Of a stretch of 64,000 bases of DNA, positions 1 through 8,666 are shown in pieces; positions within the stretch are counted from its first letter, which is position 1, and each line of letters begins with the position of its first letter. Source of the stretch: Parcubacteria group bacterium Gr01-1014_8 (GTDB lineage Bacteria; Patescibacteriota; Minisyncoccia; Phycocordibacterales; UBA2100). The stretch lies in NCBI GenBank assembly GCA_007376385.1, contig VMGC01000003.1, positions 32,001-96,000 of the forward strand. The letters are read 5' to 3'. The translations under genes and the position numbers were made by a program. The notes below the pieces were generated by a model that did no database searches, had not been told where the DNA came from, and saw nothing but the letters and a program-made list of their open reading frames with translations.

Positions 1-32
1 ACAATAGTATCACTCACACTTACGGGTGCGGA

Positions 33-1076
33 TCAATTAATGTGCGAGAGAGAATGAGGCTTTCCTTCTGCGATAGAAGCATGCGTGATACGGATGAATA
101 CCGCTTTTTTATGAAATTCCGGGATAGTTTTTGCACCAACGTAACCCATACCTACCTGCAATCCTGAAGCAAGATCAGCGATTATCTCTGAAACAGGTCC
201 TTTGTACGGAACAAGCGCTTCAACTCCTTCCGGCACAGCTTTACGCCCATGTGTAAAGTAGCGTTCAGCACCTGATGCTCCGGAGATGACCGCTTTAGAG
301 CCCATGCCGCGATACTCTTTGAATTTTTCACCGCCTTTTTCTACCACCTTCCCTGGCGCCTCGTCAGTACCGGCGAAAAGATTGCCGCCCATCACCGCAG
401 ATGCTCCTGCTGCAAGCGCCTTTGCGACATCGCCCGATGTTCGGATCCCTCCGTCGGCAATGACCGGGATCTTTTTTTTCTGCGCAACAGAAGCAACATC
501 AATGATCGCAGAGAGCTGAGGAACGCCAACTCCCGAAATGATCCGCGTCGTGCAGATGGAGCCGGGACCGACTCCGACTTTTACGGCATCCGCAAATTTG
601 CACGCTTCTTTTGCCGCCTCGGCAGTAGCGATATTGCCAAATATGAGTTTGGAGTGCTTCAGGCCTTTCTTTATCTTCCGTGCGCTATCGAGTACATTCA
701 GATTGTGTCCGTGCGCGCAGTCAATAACAATCGCGTCACATCCCACATCATCAAGCGCTTTTGCGCGGTCAACGGCAAAAGGACCGCATGCCGCGGCTAC
801 TTTGACACCAACTTTTTTTACCTCTTTTACCATCTTCACTTGCTCCTCAATTGAACAATTCCGATGCAAGACACCAAGGGCGCCAAGCTTCCCCAGCGCA
901 ACAGCCATAGCGCTGTCAGTCACCCTGTCCATCGCAGCAGAAATGAACGGCAGCGAGAGATTGATACCGGCGATCTTTGTTTTTAGAGACGCCTCCGATG
1001 GTTCCATCCTGCTAGCGGCAGGACGAATGAGAACGTCGTCGAATGTAAATCCTTTTACGTAAAGCTTTACTCCCAT
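33..1076 (-). CDS. IMP dehydrogenase / GMP reductase family enzyme (short form with no CBS pair)
   Basis: 347 aa. TIM-barrel IMPDH signature around the catalytic Cys loop (GSICTTR). Conserved GVPQLSAI and IADGGIR motifs. Confidence 0.75.
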   Translation of the reverse strand: MGVKLYVKGFTFDDVLIRPAASRMEPSEASLKTKIAGINLSLPFISAAMDRVTDSAMAVALGKLGALGVLHRNCSIEEQVKMVKEVKKVGVKVAAACGPFAVDRAKALDDVGCDAIVIDCAHGHNLNVLDSARKIKKGLKHSKLIFGNIATAEAAKEACKFADAVKVGVGPGSICTTRIISGVGVPQLSAIIDVASVAQKKKIPVIADGGIRTSGDVAKALAAGASAVMGGNLFAGTDEAPGKVVEKGGEKFKEYRGMGSKAVISGASGAERYFTHGRKAVPEGVEALVPYKGPVSEIIADLASGLQVGMGYVGAKTIPEFHKKAVFIRITHASIAEGKPHSLSHIN

Positions 1077-1110
1077 GTCCTACCGTAGCACAAATATCGT
1101 GGTTTGTACA

Positions 1111-1863
1111 CTAACGCTTTTTTATTGTTGCGACCACCGCGCAATGGTCGCTGACACCATCTTCAAGAGAGACGTTTGACGCCGTATATGCAGGCGTCGT
1201 AAAAAGCCCGTCGACCATCTTGTCCGCTATCTCATTTCGCTTTGTTCTTGCTGCCCGATGCAGAGTGAGGTCAATACTCGTTTTATATTCGAGTGGAATG
1301 TTGTCTGTGTACCTCCTCGCAAATTCTGAAAATATTTCCCCTCCGCGTGGCGCGTTAAAATCCCCAGTGAGAACAAACTCCCCCGCCGCGTCGAGAATGG
1401 GAAGTAGCGCGGCGAGATCTTTTCTCTGATATTCGTCAGGTTTTCCATTAGGTGTCCAGCCGAAATGTGTCGTTCCTATCGTGTACGATGTATTGCCGGT
1501 ATGAATGGTGCCGAAAAGCACCATTGCGTGCTCGCTTTCAAACTTGCTTTTTGAATCTGGAAAGTCAAATGTTTTAGGAGGAGAGCCAGCTATCCCACGA
1601 TAGTAGTGTACGTGCGTATCCATTGGAAAACGAGATAATATCCCAAGACCAGTTGGCGCAGGATGGCCTTCCGAAGGATGGATACTCATCGGCACAAACG
1701 CAAAGTGCCGCATCGAAAGTGCATCCAGAAATCTCGGAATGTCCGGTTCGCGCAATTCCTGCAGGCAACACACATCAGGCTTTCGTTCTTTCAAAAATGG
1801 AAGAACGGTATCCAAATGGAGCGCTCGCTCAATGTTGAGGGAGACGAGTCGTATGCTCGCCAT
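1111..1863 (-). CDS. Endonuclease/exonuclease/phosphatase (EEP) family protein
   Basis: 250 aa. EEP-like pattern with a C-terminal SDHCAV motif. No signal peptide seen. Confidence 0.6.
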   Translation of the reverse strand: MASIRLVSLNIERALHLDTVLPFLKERKPDVCCLQELREPDIPRFLDALSMRHFAFVPMSIHPSEGHPAPTGLGILSRFPMDTHVHYYRGIAGSPPKTFDFPDSKSKFESEHAMVLFGTIHTGNTSYTIGTTHFGWTPNGKPDEYQRKDLAALLPILDAAGEFVLTGDFNAPRGGEIFSEFARRYTDNIPLEYKTSIDLTLHRAARTKRNEIADKMVDGLFTTPAYTASNVSLEDGVSDHCAVVATIKKR

Positions 1864-1866
1864 ACC

Positions 1867-3534
1867 TTACTTCCCTTTCTTGCTAGCCGCTTTGATGAAC
1901 GCCGTAAAGAGAGGGTGCGGAGTAAGCGGCCGAGCACGCAGCTCCGGATGATATTGAGTACCGACGTAGAATGGATGGACATTCTTCGGCAATTCCGCGA
2001 TTTCCATCAAATAGCTCCTGTCCGGCGAGACCCCAGAGAATACAAGTCCTGCTTTTTCCAACTTCTCGACGTACTCCGGATTTATCTCATAGCGGTGGCG
2101 ATGACGTTCTGAAACTTCCTTCACGCCATACGCTTCTCGAACCACCGAACCCTCTTTCAAAAGACAAGGATACGCACCGAGTCTCATAGAGCCTCCATAA
2201 TCGCTACGCGCCAATTTTTCTTTTTGCTCTGGAAGAATATCTATGACCGGATACGGAGTGTTCGGGTTTATTTCCGTCGTATTCGCATTCTCCATGCCGG
2301 CCTTGTGCCTCGCATATTCAATAACGAGCATATGAAGGCCGTAACAGAGACCAAAATATGGAATGTTGTTCTCGCGCGCAAATTTCGCAGCTTGGATCTT
2401 TCCCTCAATCCCAGTCTCACCAAACCCCCCCGGGACTATGATGCCGTCATACTGACTCAATTCCGAGACAGACATCTTTCCGTTTTGAATATCTTTTGCA
2501 TTTATCCATGCAATCTTCGGTTTCACTCCGAGTTCATATGAAGAGAATTTGATGGCTTCAATAACGGAAAGGTAAGCGTCTGAAAGTACAAAATCGCCTG
2601 TATCAAAATATTTCCCGACAATACCGATGTTCACGACATCACGGCCGTTATGCGCATGTTCCGCAAATTTTTTCCATTCATTCAAATCGGATTCACCTCG
2701 TGCGCGTTTTCCGAGAGCTTTCAACAAAATATCGGAGAGGCGGTCACGTTCGAAATTCGACGGCACATCGTAAATAGAATCTACGTCTGGAGCAGAAATT
2801 ATATTATCAGCATGCACGTTGCATGATATCGCCAACTTTTCTTTTCGCTTATGGTCAAGCGGCATACGACTTCGCGCAATAATGATGTCAGGCTGGACTC
2901 CGTATGAGTTCAGCATTCTGACAGCATTTTGAGTTGGCTTGGTTTTCATCTCCCCTACCGTTCCCGGTATCGGCAGATATGACACCATCACGAAAAGAAC
3001 ATTTTCCGGACGTTCAAGGTGCATGACTCGCGCGGCATCGATAAAGAGGGCATTTTGAAAGTCGCCCACTGTTCCACCGATCTCGATCACAGAAACATCG
3101 GACTTTGAGAGTTTTGCCGCACGTTTAAGTCTATCCATTATCTCATCGCGTACATGCGGTATCGCCTCCACACACTTTCCGTCATACCCAAGATTTCTTT
3201 CTCTCTCTATCACTGACTTATAAACCATCCCGCTCGTCATATAATCTTCCGGCCCTAGATCGCGGTCTAAGAATCGCTCATAGTTCCCCATATCTTGGTC
3301 TGTCTCAAGTCCTGAATCGAGCACAAACACCTCTCCGTGCTCTATCGGATTCATCGTACCCGCATCCACATTGAGGTACGGGTCTATTTTTACGAGATTT
3401 ACCAAAAGTCCCCGAGCGGAGAGGATCTTTCCTATGGACGCGGTCGCTATGCCCTTCCCGACGGCTGACATAACACCTCCGATGACGAAGATGTACTTGT
3501 GTCCATCTTTTTTACGCGCACGCGGTGCAGGCAT
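1867..3534 (-). CDS. pyrG: CTP synthase
   Basis: 555 aa. N-terminal synthetase domain (KYIFVIGGVMSAVGKGI) and C-terminal glutamine amidotransferase domain (GLCYGLHML). Confidence 0.95.
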   Translation of the reverse strand: MPAPRARKKDGHKYIFVIGGVMSAVGKGIATASIGKILSARGLLVNLVKIDPYLNVDAGTMNPIEHGEVFVLDSGLETDQDMGNYERFLDRDLGPEDYMTSGMVYKSVIERERNLGYDGKCVEAIPHVRDEIMDRLKRAAKLSKSDVSVIEIGGTVGDFQNALFIDAARVMHLERPENVLFVMVSYLPIPGTVGEMKTKPTQNAVRMLNSYGVQPDIIIARSRMPLDHKRKEKLAISCNVHADNIISAPDVDSIYDVPSNFERDRLSDILLKALGKRARGESDLNEWKKFAEHAHNGRDVVNIGIVGKYFDTGDFVLSDAYLSVIEAIKFSSYELGVKPKIAWINAKDIQNGKMSVSELSQYDGIIVPGGFGETGIEGKIQAAKFARENNIPYFGLCYGLHMLVIEYARHKAGMENANTTEINPNTPYPVIDILPEQKEKLARSDYGGSMRLGAYPCLLKEGSVVREAYGVKEVSERHRHRYEINPEYVEKLEKAGLVFSGVSPDRSYLMEIAELPKNVHPFYVGTQYHPELRARPLTPHPLFTAFIKAASKKGK

Positions 3535-3629
3535 AGAACTTCGGTCTCTACTCTAACACATTGAATTGTACATGGCACGCTGCTGAAAAATCGACCTACG
3601 CCCTGTGGAGAACAACGCCGAAGGTCAGA

Positions 3630-4571
3630 TCACGACCGCAGATACCTCCTTACTGCCAGATAACTGGAAAGCGCGCCAAGTCCCATACCTACTGCCGTAA
3701 GAACAACAAAAAGGAGTGCGAAATTATCGACATAGTAGGCGAAAGAGTCAAAAGAGCCGAAAAGAACTTCGGAAGACGCATCGAGACCCACCAGTACCGG
3801 GTAAAAGAGAAGGACGGGATACAGAAGCACAAGAACGACGATCGCGGAAATGACGCCATACAATACTCCCGCAATTACGAACGGGCCGCGCACATACCAT
3901 CGGCCGGCGCCTACCAAATTCATAACCCCTATCTCATCTCTCGATGTGTATATGGCAAGCCTTATCGTATTAAATGTTATCAACAATGAAGACAGGGCCA
4001 TGACGATCTCTTTCGCGATGCCGTTCTTTCTCGATGTATCGATTATTTCCGATAGACGATCAATCGCGGTCTTATTTTGGTGATAGTTAACTTTGCTGAT
4101 CGCGGAACCATCTTGCGAGGCCTGCTGCGCTTCGAGAAACTTAGCAACATTCTCATATTGAGACGTCTGTTTCGCCTGAACAGCGAGCGATGCCCCGAGC
4201 GGATTGTCAGTTAATTGGTCAAGCGCTTGTAGAGTCAATTGATCATTTTTGTGCCGCTCGCGAAATTCCGTTAGAGCTTGCTCGCGGCTTGTATACGTCA
4301 CGATCGCAACCTCCGGAAGCGCCTCAAGTGCCTTCTTAATGTTCATAACCTGCTCCTCCGATGCGTTTGTTGCAAAATAAACGTTTACGTCAACTTTTTC
4401 CGTAAGCTGACGGAGAGTCTCATTCATCGCCGCATCGGAAATTATTACATTGGTGAGCACAAATAACGTGACGCTCATCATGAGAACGGCACTGAACGAC
4501 ACGAACCCATTGCGGATGAATCCGATCAATCCATATCGCGCGACTCTTTTTGTTGTTACCCAAGACGACAT
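3630..4571 (-). CDS. ftsX: Cell-division ABC transporter permease FtsX
   Basis: 313 aa. N-terminal TM, large extracytoplasmic loop, C-terminal TM bundle. Lies immediately downstream of ftsE. Confidence 0.8.
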   Translation of the reverse strand: MSSWVTTKRVARYGLIGFIRNGFVSFSAVLMMSVTLFVLTNVIISDAAMNETLRQLTEKVDVNVYFATNASEEQVMNIKKALEALPEVAIVTYTSREQALTEFRERHKNDQLTLQALDQLTDNPLGASLAVQAKQTSQYENVAKFLEAQQASQDGSAISKVNYHQNKTAIDRLSEIIDTSRKNGIAKEIVMALSSLLITFNTIRLAIYTSRDEIGVMNLVGAGRWYVRGPFVIAGVLYGVISAIVVLVLLYPVLLFYPVLVGLDASSEVLFGSFDSFAYYVDNFALLFVVLTAVGMGLGALSSYLAVRRYLRS

Positions 4572-4580
4572 ATATGCATT

Positions 4581-5270
4581 CTACAGTATGTATTTTCCTT
4601 GTTTGTCATCGCGTACCACTCTTCCCAGCTCAAGCGTTACAACGCGGCGTCCTACATTATCAACAACTGATTTATTGTGCGTTGTGAGGAGCACTGTCGT
4701 GCCAAGATCGTTGATCTTTTTCAAGATTTCCACGACATCGTGAGTGTTTATCGGATCGAGATTTCCTGTTGGCTCATCTGCGATGAGAACATCGGGTTGA
4801 TTCACGAGCGCGCGAGCGATGGCAACACGCTGTTGTTCGCCTCCCGAAAGCTCTTTGGGAAAGTTCCACATTTTTTCCGAGAGGCCTACAAGGTCGAGAA
4901 CATGCGGGACATCGGCTTGAATATCTTCGTCAGTTCTGCCCGAGACTTCCATCGCGAACGCGACATTCTCATACACATTTTTCGTCGGCAACAGCCTGAA
5001 GTCCTGAAATATCGTGCCGATGCTTCGACGAAGTTCGAGCAATTCTTTATCGCTGAGACCTGCTATTTCGCGTGAGCCGAAATAGACCGCGCCTTCAGTC
5101 GGAAATACCTCTGCAAAAAGCATCTTTAAGAGGGTTGTTTTCCCTGCACCCGAGTGTCCGACTATCGAAACGAACTCTCCCGGTTCTATTTGGAGTGTAA
5201 TGTCCTCTACTGCTGCTCTTCCTCCATTGTAAAATTTCGTGACTTTGTCGTAATAGATCATGGTAGACAA
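4581..5270 (-). CDS. ftsE: Cell-division ABC transporter ATP-binding protein FtsE
   Basis: 229 aa. Walker [13 protein letters not shown] signature LSGGEQQR, Walker B ILIADE. Confidence 0.9.
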   Translation of the reverse strand: MSTMIYYDKVTKFYNGGRAAVEDITLQIEPGEFVSIVGHSGAGKTTLLKMLFAEVFPTEGAVYFGSREIAGLSDKELLELRRSIGTIFQDFRLLPTKNVYENVAFAMEVSGRTDEDIQADVPHVLDLVGLSEKMWNFPKELSGGEQQRVAIARALVNQPDVLIADEPTGNLDPINTHDVVEILKKINDLGTTVLLTTHNKSVVDNVGRRVVTLELGRVVRDDKQGKYIL

Positions 5271-5353
5271 GCGCTTAAGCTTACTTAAAGACGTTACCTC
5301 AGACCTCCTTTCGTTTCCGGACTTTCAACCAATGTGAGCCATTATACCCTGTC

Positions 5354-6238
5354 CTAGCGGGCATCCAAGGACTTTTCTGCATCAATGAAGGATTGTATGT
5401 CCCCTCCGAGCACTTTTTCAACGTCCCTGCGTTCATGCTCCGTTCTGTGGTCCTTCACCAATTGATATGGATGGAGCGTGTATGAACGGATCTGACTTCC
5501 CCATTCTATCTTTGTCGAAGTGCCTGCCGAAAGTCCTCGCGCCTCCTTATCTTGTGCTTCTTGCCGCATTTTAAACAGTTTCCCTCGAAGCATTTCAAGC
5601 GCTTTTTCTCGATTTTGGAGTTGACTCCTCTCGCTCGTGACATGCACGGAGATTCCAGTCGGTTTATGTGTCATTCGCACCGCCGTGTCCCGCTTGTTCA
5701 CATTTTGTCCGCCTGGACCACCTGAACGTGCAACGGTAATTTCAAGCTCTTGCTCAGGAATGTGCGATTCGCCGACATCGGGTAATTTCGGCAATATCTC
5801 AACTAACGAAAAAGAAGTTTGCCTCTTACCTGCAGAATTAAACGGGGACATGCGGACGAGTCTATGAACGCCTGCCTCTCTTTTTAAAGCTCCGAAAACA
5901 CCGGAGCCCGCTATCTCAAACGAGACGCTTCGGTATCCTCCCATTGTATTTTGATTTGAATCAATAAGTCCTGCCTGCCATCCTTTAGATGCCGCATACT
6001 TTCCATACATTTCAAAAAGAATGCGCGAGAAATCCTCCGCATCGTCTCCCCCAGCTCCAGAAACTATCGACACTATCGCATCCCCTTTGTCGTAGCCTTC
6101 ACTCCCTGCAAGCTGTTGTTTCAAATGTTGATACTCCTTCAATATTTCCTGCGCTTTATCTTTATTGCTCCAAAAGTCCGGCGCTCTCATCGCTGTCTCA
6201 ATATCCCCAATTCTTTTTTCGATAAGTTCTTTTTGCAT
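5354..6238 (-). CDS. prfB: Peptide chain release factor 2 (N-terminally short form)
   Basis: 294 aa. SPF tripeptide (RMSPFNS) and GGQ motif ([10 protein letters not shown]). The start codon lies 2 nt from the tRNA-Thr 3' end, so there is no room for the frameshifted N-terminal exon found in canonical prfB. Confidence 0.85.
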   Translation of the reverse strand: MQKELIEKRIGDIETAMRAPDFWSNKDKAQEILKEYQHLKQQLAGSEGYDKGDAIVSIVSGAGGDDAEDFSRILFEMYGKYAASKGWQAGLIDSNQNTMGGYRSVSFEIAGSGVFGALKREAGVHRLVRMSPFNSAGKRQTSFSLVEILPKLPDVGESHIPEQELEITVARSGGPGGQNVNKRDTAVRMTHKPTGISVHVTSERSQLQNREKALEMLRGKLFKMRQEAQDKEARGLSAGTSTKIEWGSQIRSYTLHPYQLVKDHRTEHERRDVEKVLGGDIQSFIDAEKSLDAR

Positions 6239-6239
6239 A

Positions 6240-6315
6240 TGGAGCCACCTCCCGGGCTTGAACCGGGGACCTACCCCTTACGAAGGGGTTGCTCTACCAA
6301 CTGAGCTAAGGTGGC
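6240..6315 (-). tRNA. tRNA-Thr (anticodon CGU), CCA encoded
   Basis: Minus-strand sequence GCCACCTTAGCTCAGTTGGTAGAGCAACCCCTTCGTAAGGGGTAGGTCCCCGGTTCAAGCCCGGGAGGTGGCTCCA folds as a cloverleaf. Anticodon loop is TTCGTAA. Confidence 0.85.
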
Positions 6316-6411
6316 GCAGGCCAATCCTACGGCAATATAGCCACATTTTCAACGCAAACACTTTATACACCGTTGACACCGTATCCGATTGTACTCGGTT
6401 ATACTTACTAT

Positions 6412-6708
6412 ATGACTGATCGTAGTCGTATTAGACCTCTCGAACAAAAACATGCATATAAGTTTGGTGATCTGGTTCGCTTAAGCTCCACAATTCCAGG
6501 ATCAGTGCTACCACTTGTAACAGATCGCTTCCAGCCTGGAAAACCATACCGCGTCGTAGCAGTAAAAGAGCCGATGATCTACCTTATGCACCCAAACATC
6601 GAATTGAACCGTGCTATCAATTTTAATCCTGATACTGATGTAGATAAGCCACGGTACGGATTTATCAGAAACATCGGCATCAACCTTATTGAGCCGATGC
6701 CCAACTGA
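6412..6708 (+). CDS. Hypothetical protein (orphan ORF in a low-GC islet)
   Basis: About 98 aa from the ATG at 6412 (MTDRSRIRP...); the track ORF starts earlier at a TTG. No recognisable motifs. GC is lower than in the flanking genes. Confidence 0.35.
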   Translation: MTDRSRIRPLEQKHAYKFGDLVRLSSTIPGSVLPLVTDRFQPGKPYRVVAVKEPMIYLMHPNIELNRAINFNPDTDVDKPRYGFIRNIGINLIEPMPN

Positions 6709-6793
6709 CAAAGCGGAGCACCTCCACCCTCAGTCACAGGATGAGTTTTAATACACCGTCTTTTCTTTCTCATGAGCCACCATCCCATAAGGA

Positions 6794-6820
6794 CCGCCCG
6801 CTCAACTGAGCTAAGGCGGC
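6794..6820 (-). pseudogene. tRNA fragment: degenerate copy of the 5' acceptor/D-arm of tRNA-Thr
   Basis: Minus-strand GCCGCCTTAGCTCAGTTGAGCGGGCGG matches the first 18 nt of the tRNA-Thr(CGU) gene 500 bp upstream. The D-arm is malformed and there is no 3' half. The flanking TCCTACGGCA motif is also duplicated (6325 and 6832). Confidence 0.4.
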
Positions 6821-6890
6821 AACTTCGTTATCCTACGGCAGATTGGACTAATTTCCAATTTTCGGAACAGAGACTTTCAATTGGTCTTAT

Positions 6891-7838
6891 CTATTCAGAA
6901 AGAACCTTCATGACACGGTCGACCACCGTGGCCCTTGTACCAAGAGCATAGTGTCCTACGCCTTCGATTACGAAATACGGGACTTTGTTTTCTTTCAACG
7001 CAGGCCCTAGGAGATCGCTCGGATATAAATGATCCTTGTCCCCAATCCCGGCAGAGACGCGAACTCCCTTTTCGATAAGCGCCCTTACCATCGGCGCGAC
7101 GTAAGTTACTGCGACCTCGTCAATTTGTGCTTCAGCACCGAGATCTCCACGCATGGTCTGTTGCATTCCGAACATCTCGTAATCTATCTCGGCGCTCGGC
7201 AAAAAAGACTTGTCGTGCTCCCCGCCTGGCATCATCCCCAACTGCCGTAATTTACTCTTGAGAAGGACCCCGAAATTAATCGATGCCGTCTTAAGACGAA
7301 GTGGGTCGTCGCCCTCAATCATTCCAGCAGGAGCATAGAGAAAGATCTTTCGAAAGAGCTCCGGTCGGAGCGTGGCGGCCAGCACTGCAGACACGGCACC
7401 CGCAGAATGGGCTATGACATCTATGGGTTGTGGTATGGCCAGGTTTTCCAACATCTCTATCGAACCAATGGCTCGTTTCACTTGAGCATCAGAAAAGACG
7501 CACTTTTCTTTTTTCCACTTCGCTAATTCCTTTTTCGCATTTTGTAATTTTTCTTCTCCTTTGAGCTTATTCTTCGATCCGAACTGGTCAATTTCTACAT
7601 TTTCTGCAGCAAAAAAAGATTTTCCCTTATTGTAAAGGCTTTCTAGAAATCCCTTATAGGTGGTGTATGACAATCCTAGGCCGGGCAAGAAATATACTGT
7701 GGGATCGCTGGAATTTTCTGCTTGCATTAAAGTGTATCTGATTTCTTGATCGCCCACTCGAACACTATGTGTGCACTTGTGAAAGAGATCTCTGAAAGGA
7801 TCTCCTAATGATTGCGGTTGTTCAAGTAGTGTGTGCAT
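6891..7838 (-). CDS. Alpha/beta-hydrolase fold protein
   Basis: 315 aa. GXSXG nucleophile elbow (AHSAGA). Central K/E-rich coiled segment. Confidence 0.55.
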   Translation of the reverse strand: MHTLLEQPQSLGDPFRDLFHKCTHSVRVGDQEIRYTLMQAENSSDPTVYFLPGLGLSYTTYKGFLESLYNKGKSFFAAENVEIDQFGSKNKLKGEEKLQNAKKELAKWKKEKCVFSDAQVKRAIGSIEMLENLAIPQPIDVIAHSAGAVSAVLAATLRPELFRKIFLYAPAGMIEGDDPLRLKTASINFGVLLKSKLRQLGMMPGGEHDKSFLPSAEIDYEMFGMQQTMRGDLGAEAQIDEVAVTYVAPMVRALIEKGVRVSAGIGDKDHLYPSDLLGPALKENKVPYFVIEGVGHYALGTRATVVDRVMKVLSE

Positions 7839-7995
7839 ACATTGAAATATTTGAGTCTCAATTGTACTCCACTCGAACCTATTTTGCCGAACACTGCTGA
7901 TGTCGCGTGCTCCGCGCGCGGAAATCCCATTCCCCCCTACGCGGCGCTTCGCGCCGCGCGTATTTCGGCCTCTGAAAAGCCATTGAGTTTGATTC

Positions 7996-8280
7996 TGGAG
8001 CCGATGTCCGGGATTGAACCGGAGACCTCGTTCTTCGCTTACACCTCTCCTTTAGATATTCGAGAGGGCTAGACTGTATCTTCCCCCCACTTTTTTTGAA
8101 TTCTTAAAGTGGGGGACCCTTGTCAGTCGTTCGGGCGAATCAAGCAAAATGCTCGTCGCCACGGTCTGAACCTTTCGAGGCCTTTAACCGTAATTCGGGA
8201 TTCATTCAGACGTTACCGCCCGAATGGGCAGGGGTCTGCGACCCACCAAGAACGTGCTCTACCAACTGAGCTACATCGGC
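7996..8280 (-). tRNA. tRNA-Thr (anticodon GGU) interrupted by a group-I-like intron after position 36
   Basis: 5' exon 8280->8245: GCCGATGTAGCTCAGTTGGTAGAGCACGTTCTTGGT. 3' exon 8035->7999: AAGAACGAGGTCTCCGGTTCAATCCCGGACATCGGCT, followed by CCA. Joined, the exons give a perfect cloverleaf (acceptor GCCGATG/CATCGGC, anticodon stem CGTTC/GAACG, loop TTGGTAA). The gene is 87 % identical in its arms to the neighbouring tRNA-Thr(CGU). Confidence 0.75.
8036..8244 (-). ncRNA. Putative self-splicing group I intron (about 209 nt) within tRNA-Thr(GGU)
   Basis: The 5' exon ends in U and the intron ends in G (omega-G). An internal AAGATACAGTCTAGCC resembles the Tetrahymena P7/P9.0 segment AAGAUAUAGUCGGACC, with a CAGACCG partner. 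A P8-like hairpin is present (CCCCCAC...GTGGGGG). No ORF inside. Size and insertion site match the Azoarcus tRNA-Ile intron. Confidence 0.6.
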
Positions 8281-8408
8281 TAAAACATTTGCTCCGCAAA
8301 TGTTCGCCCGAACATTCGGGATTGAATGTTTTAGGGCCTATTGCGCTTATATCAGCGCAAATCGATACTAGCACGCACCCTCTAATTTCTCCATGATAAA
8401 ATTGCCAT

Positions 8409-8630
8409 ATGACGGAAATAGAGAAACATCCGCTCAAATATTTGAGCGAAAATATGGGCGTCGCGCTTGGGCTCGTCTTGATATGGCGTGGCCTGTGGTA
8501 CGGGCTCGACGCGATAGATATGTGGGTGTTTGGAGGTACGCACATGTTCACTGCTATTTTCGGCGTGCTGCTCGGGGTCCTTATTTTGTATCTTCCGCAT
8601 CGCGATCTGAGTGCTCTTGAACGGCTGTAA
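8409..8630 (+). CDS. Small predicted membrane protein
   Basis: 73 aa with two hydrophobic helices. Sits immediately upstream of gdh. Confidence 0.35.
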   Translation: MTEIEKHPLKYLSENMGVALGLVLIWRGLWYGLDAIDMWVFGGTHMFTAIFGVLLGVLILYLPHRDLSALERL

Positions 8631-8666
8631 TATCTCTTTTCACGAAGTTGTCGTAAGATACTCCGA

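Noticed and set aside
6786-6830. A third functional tRNA-Thr
   Set aside because: Only the 5' acceptor strand and a malformed D-arm are present. There is no anticodon or T-arm and no matching 3' half nearby. I annotated it as a fragment.
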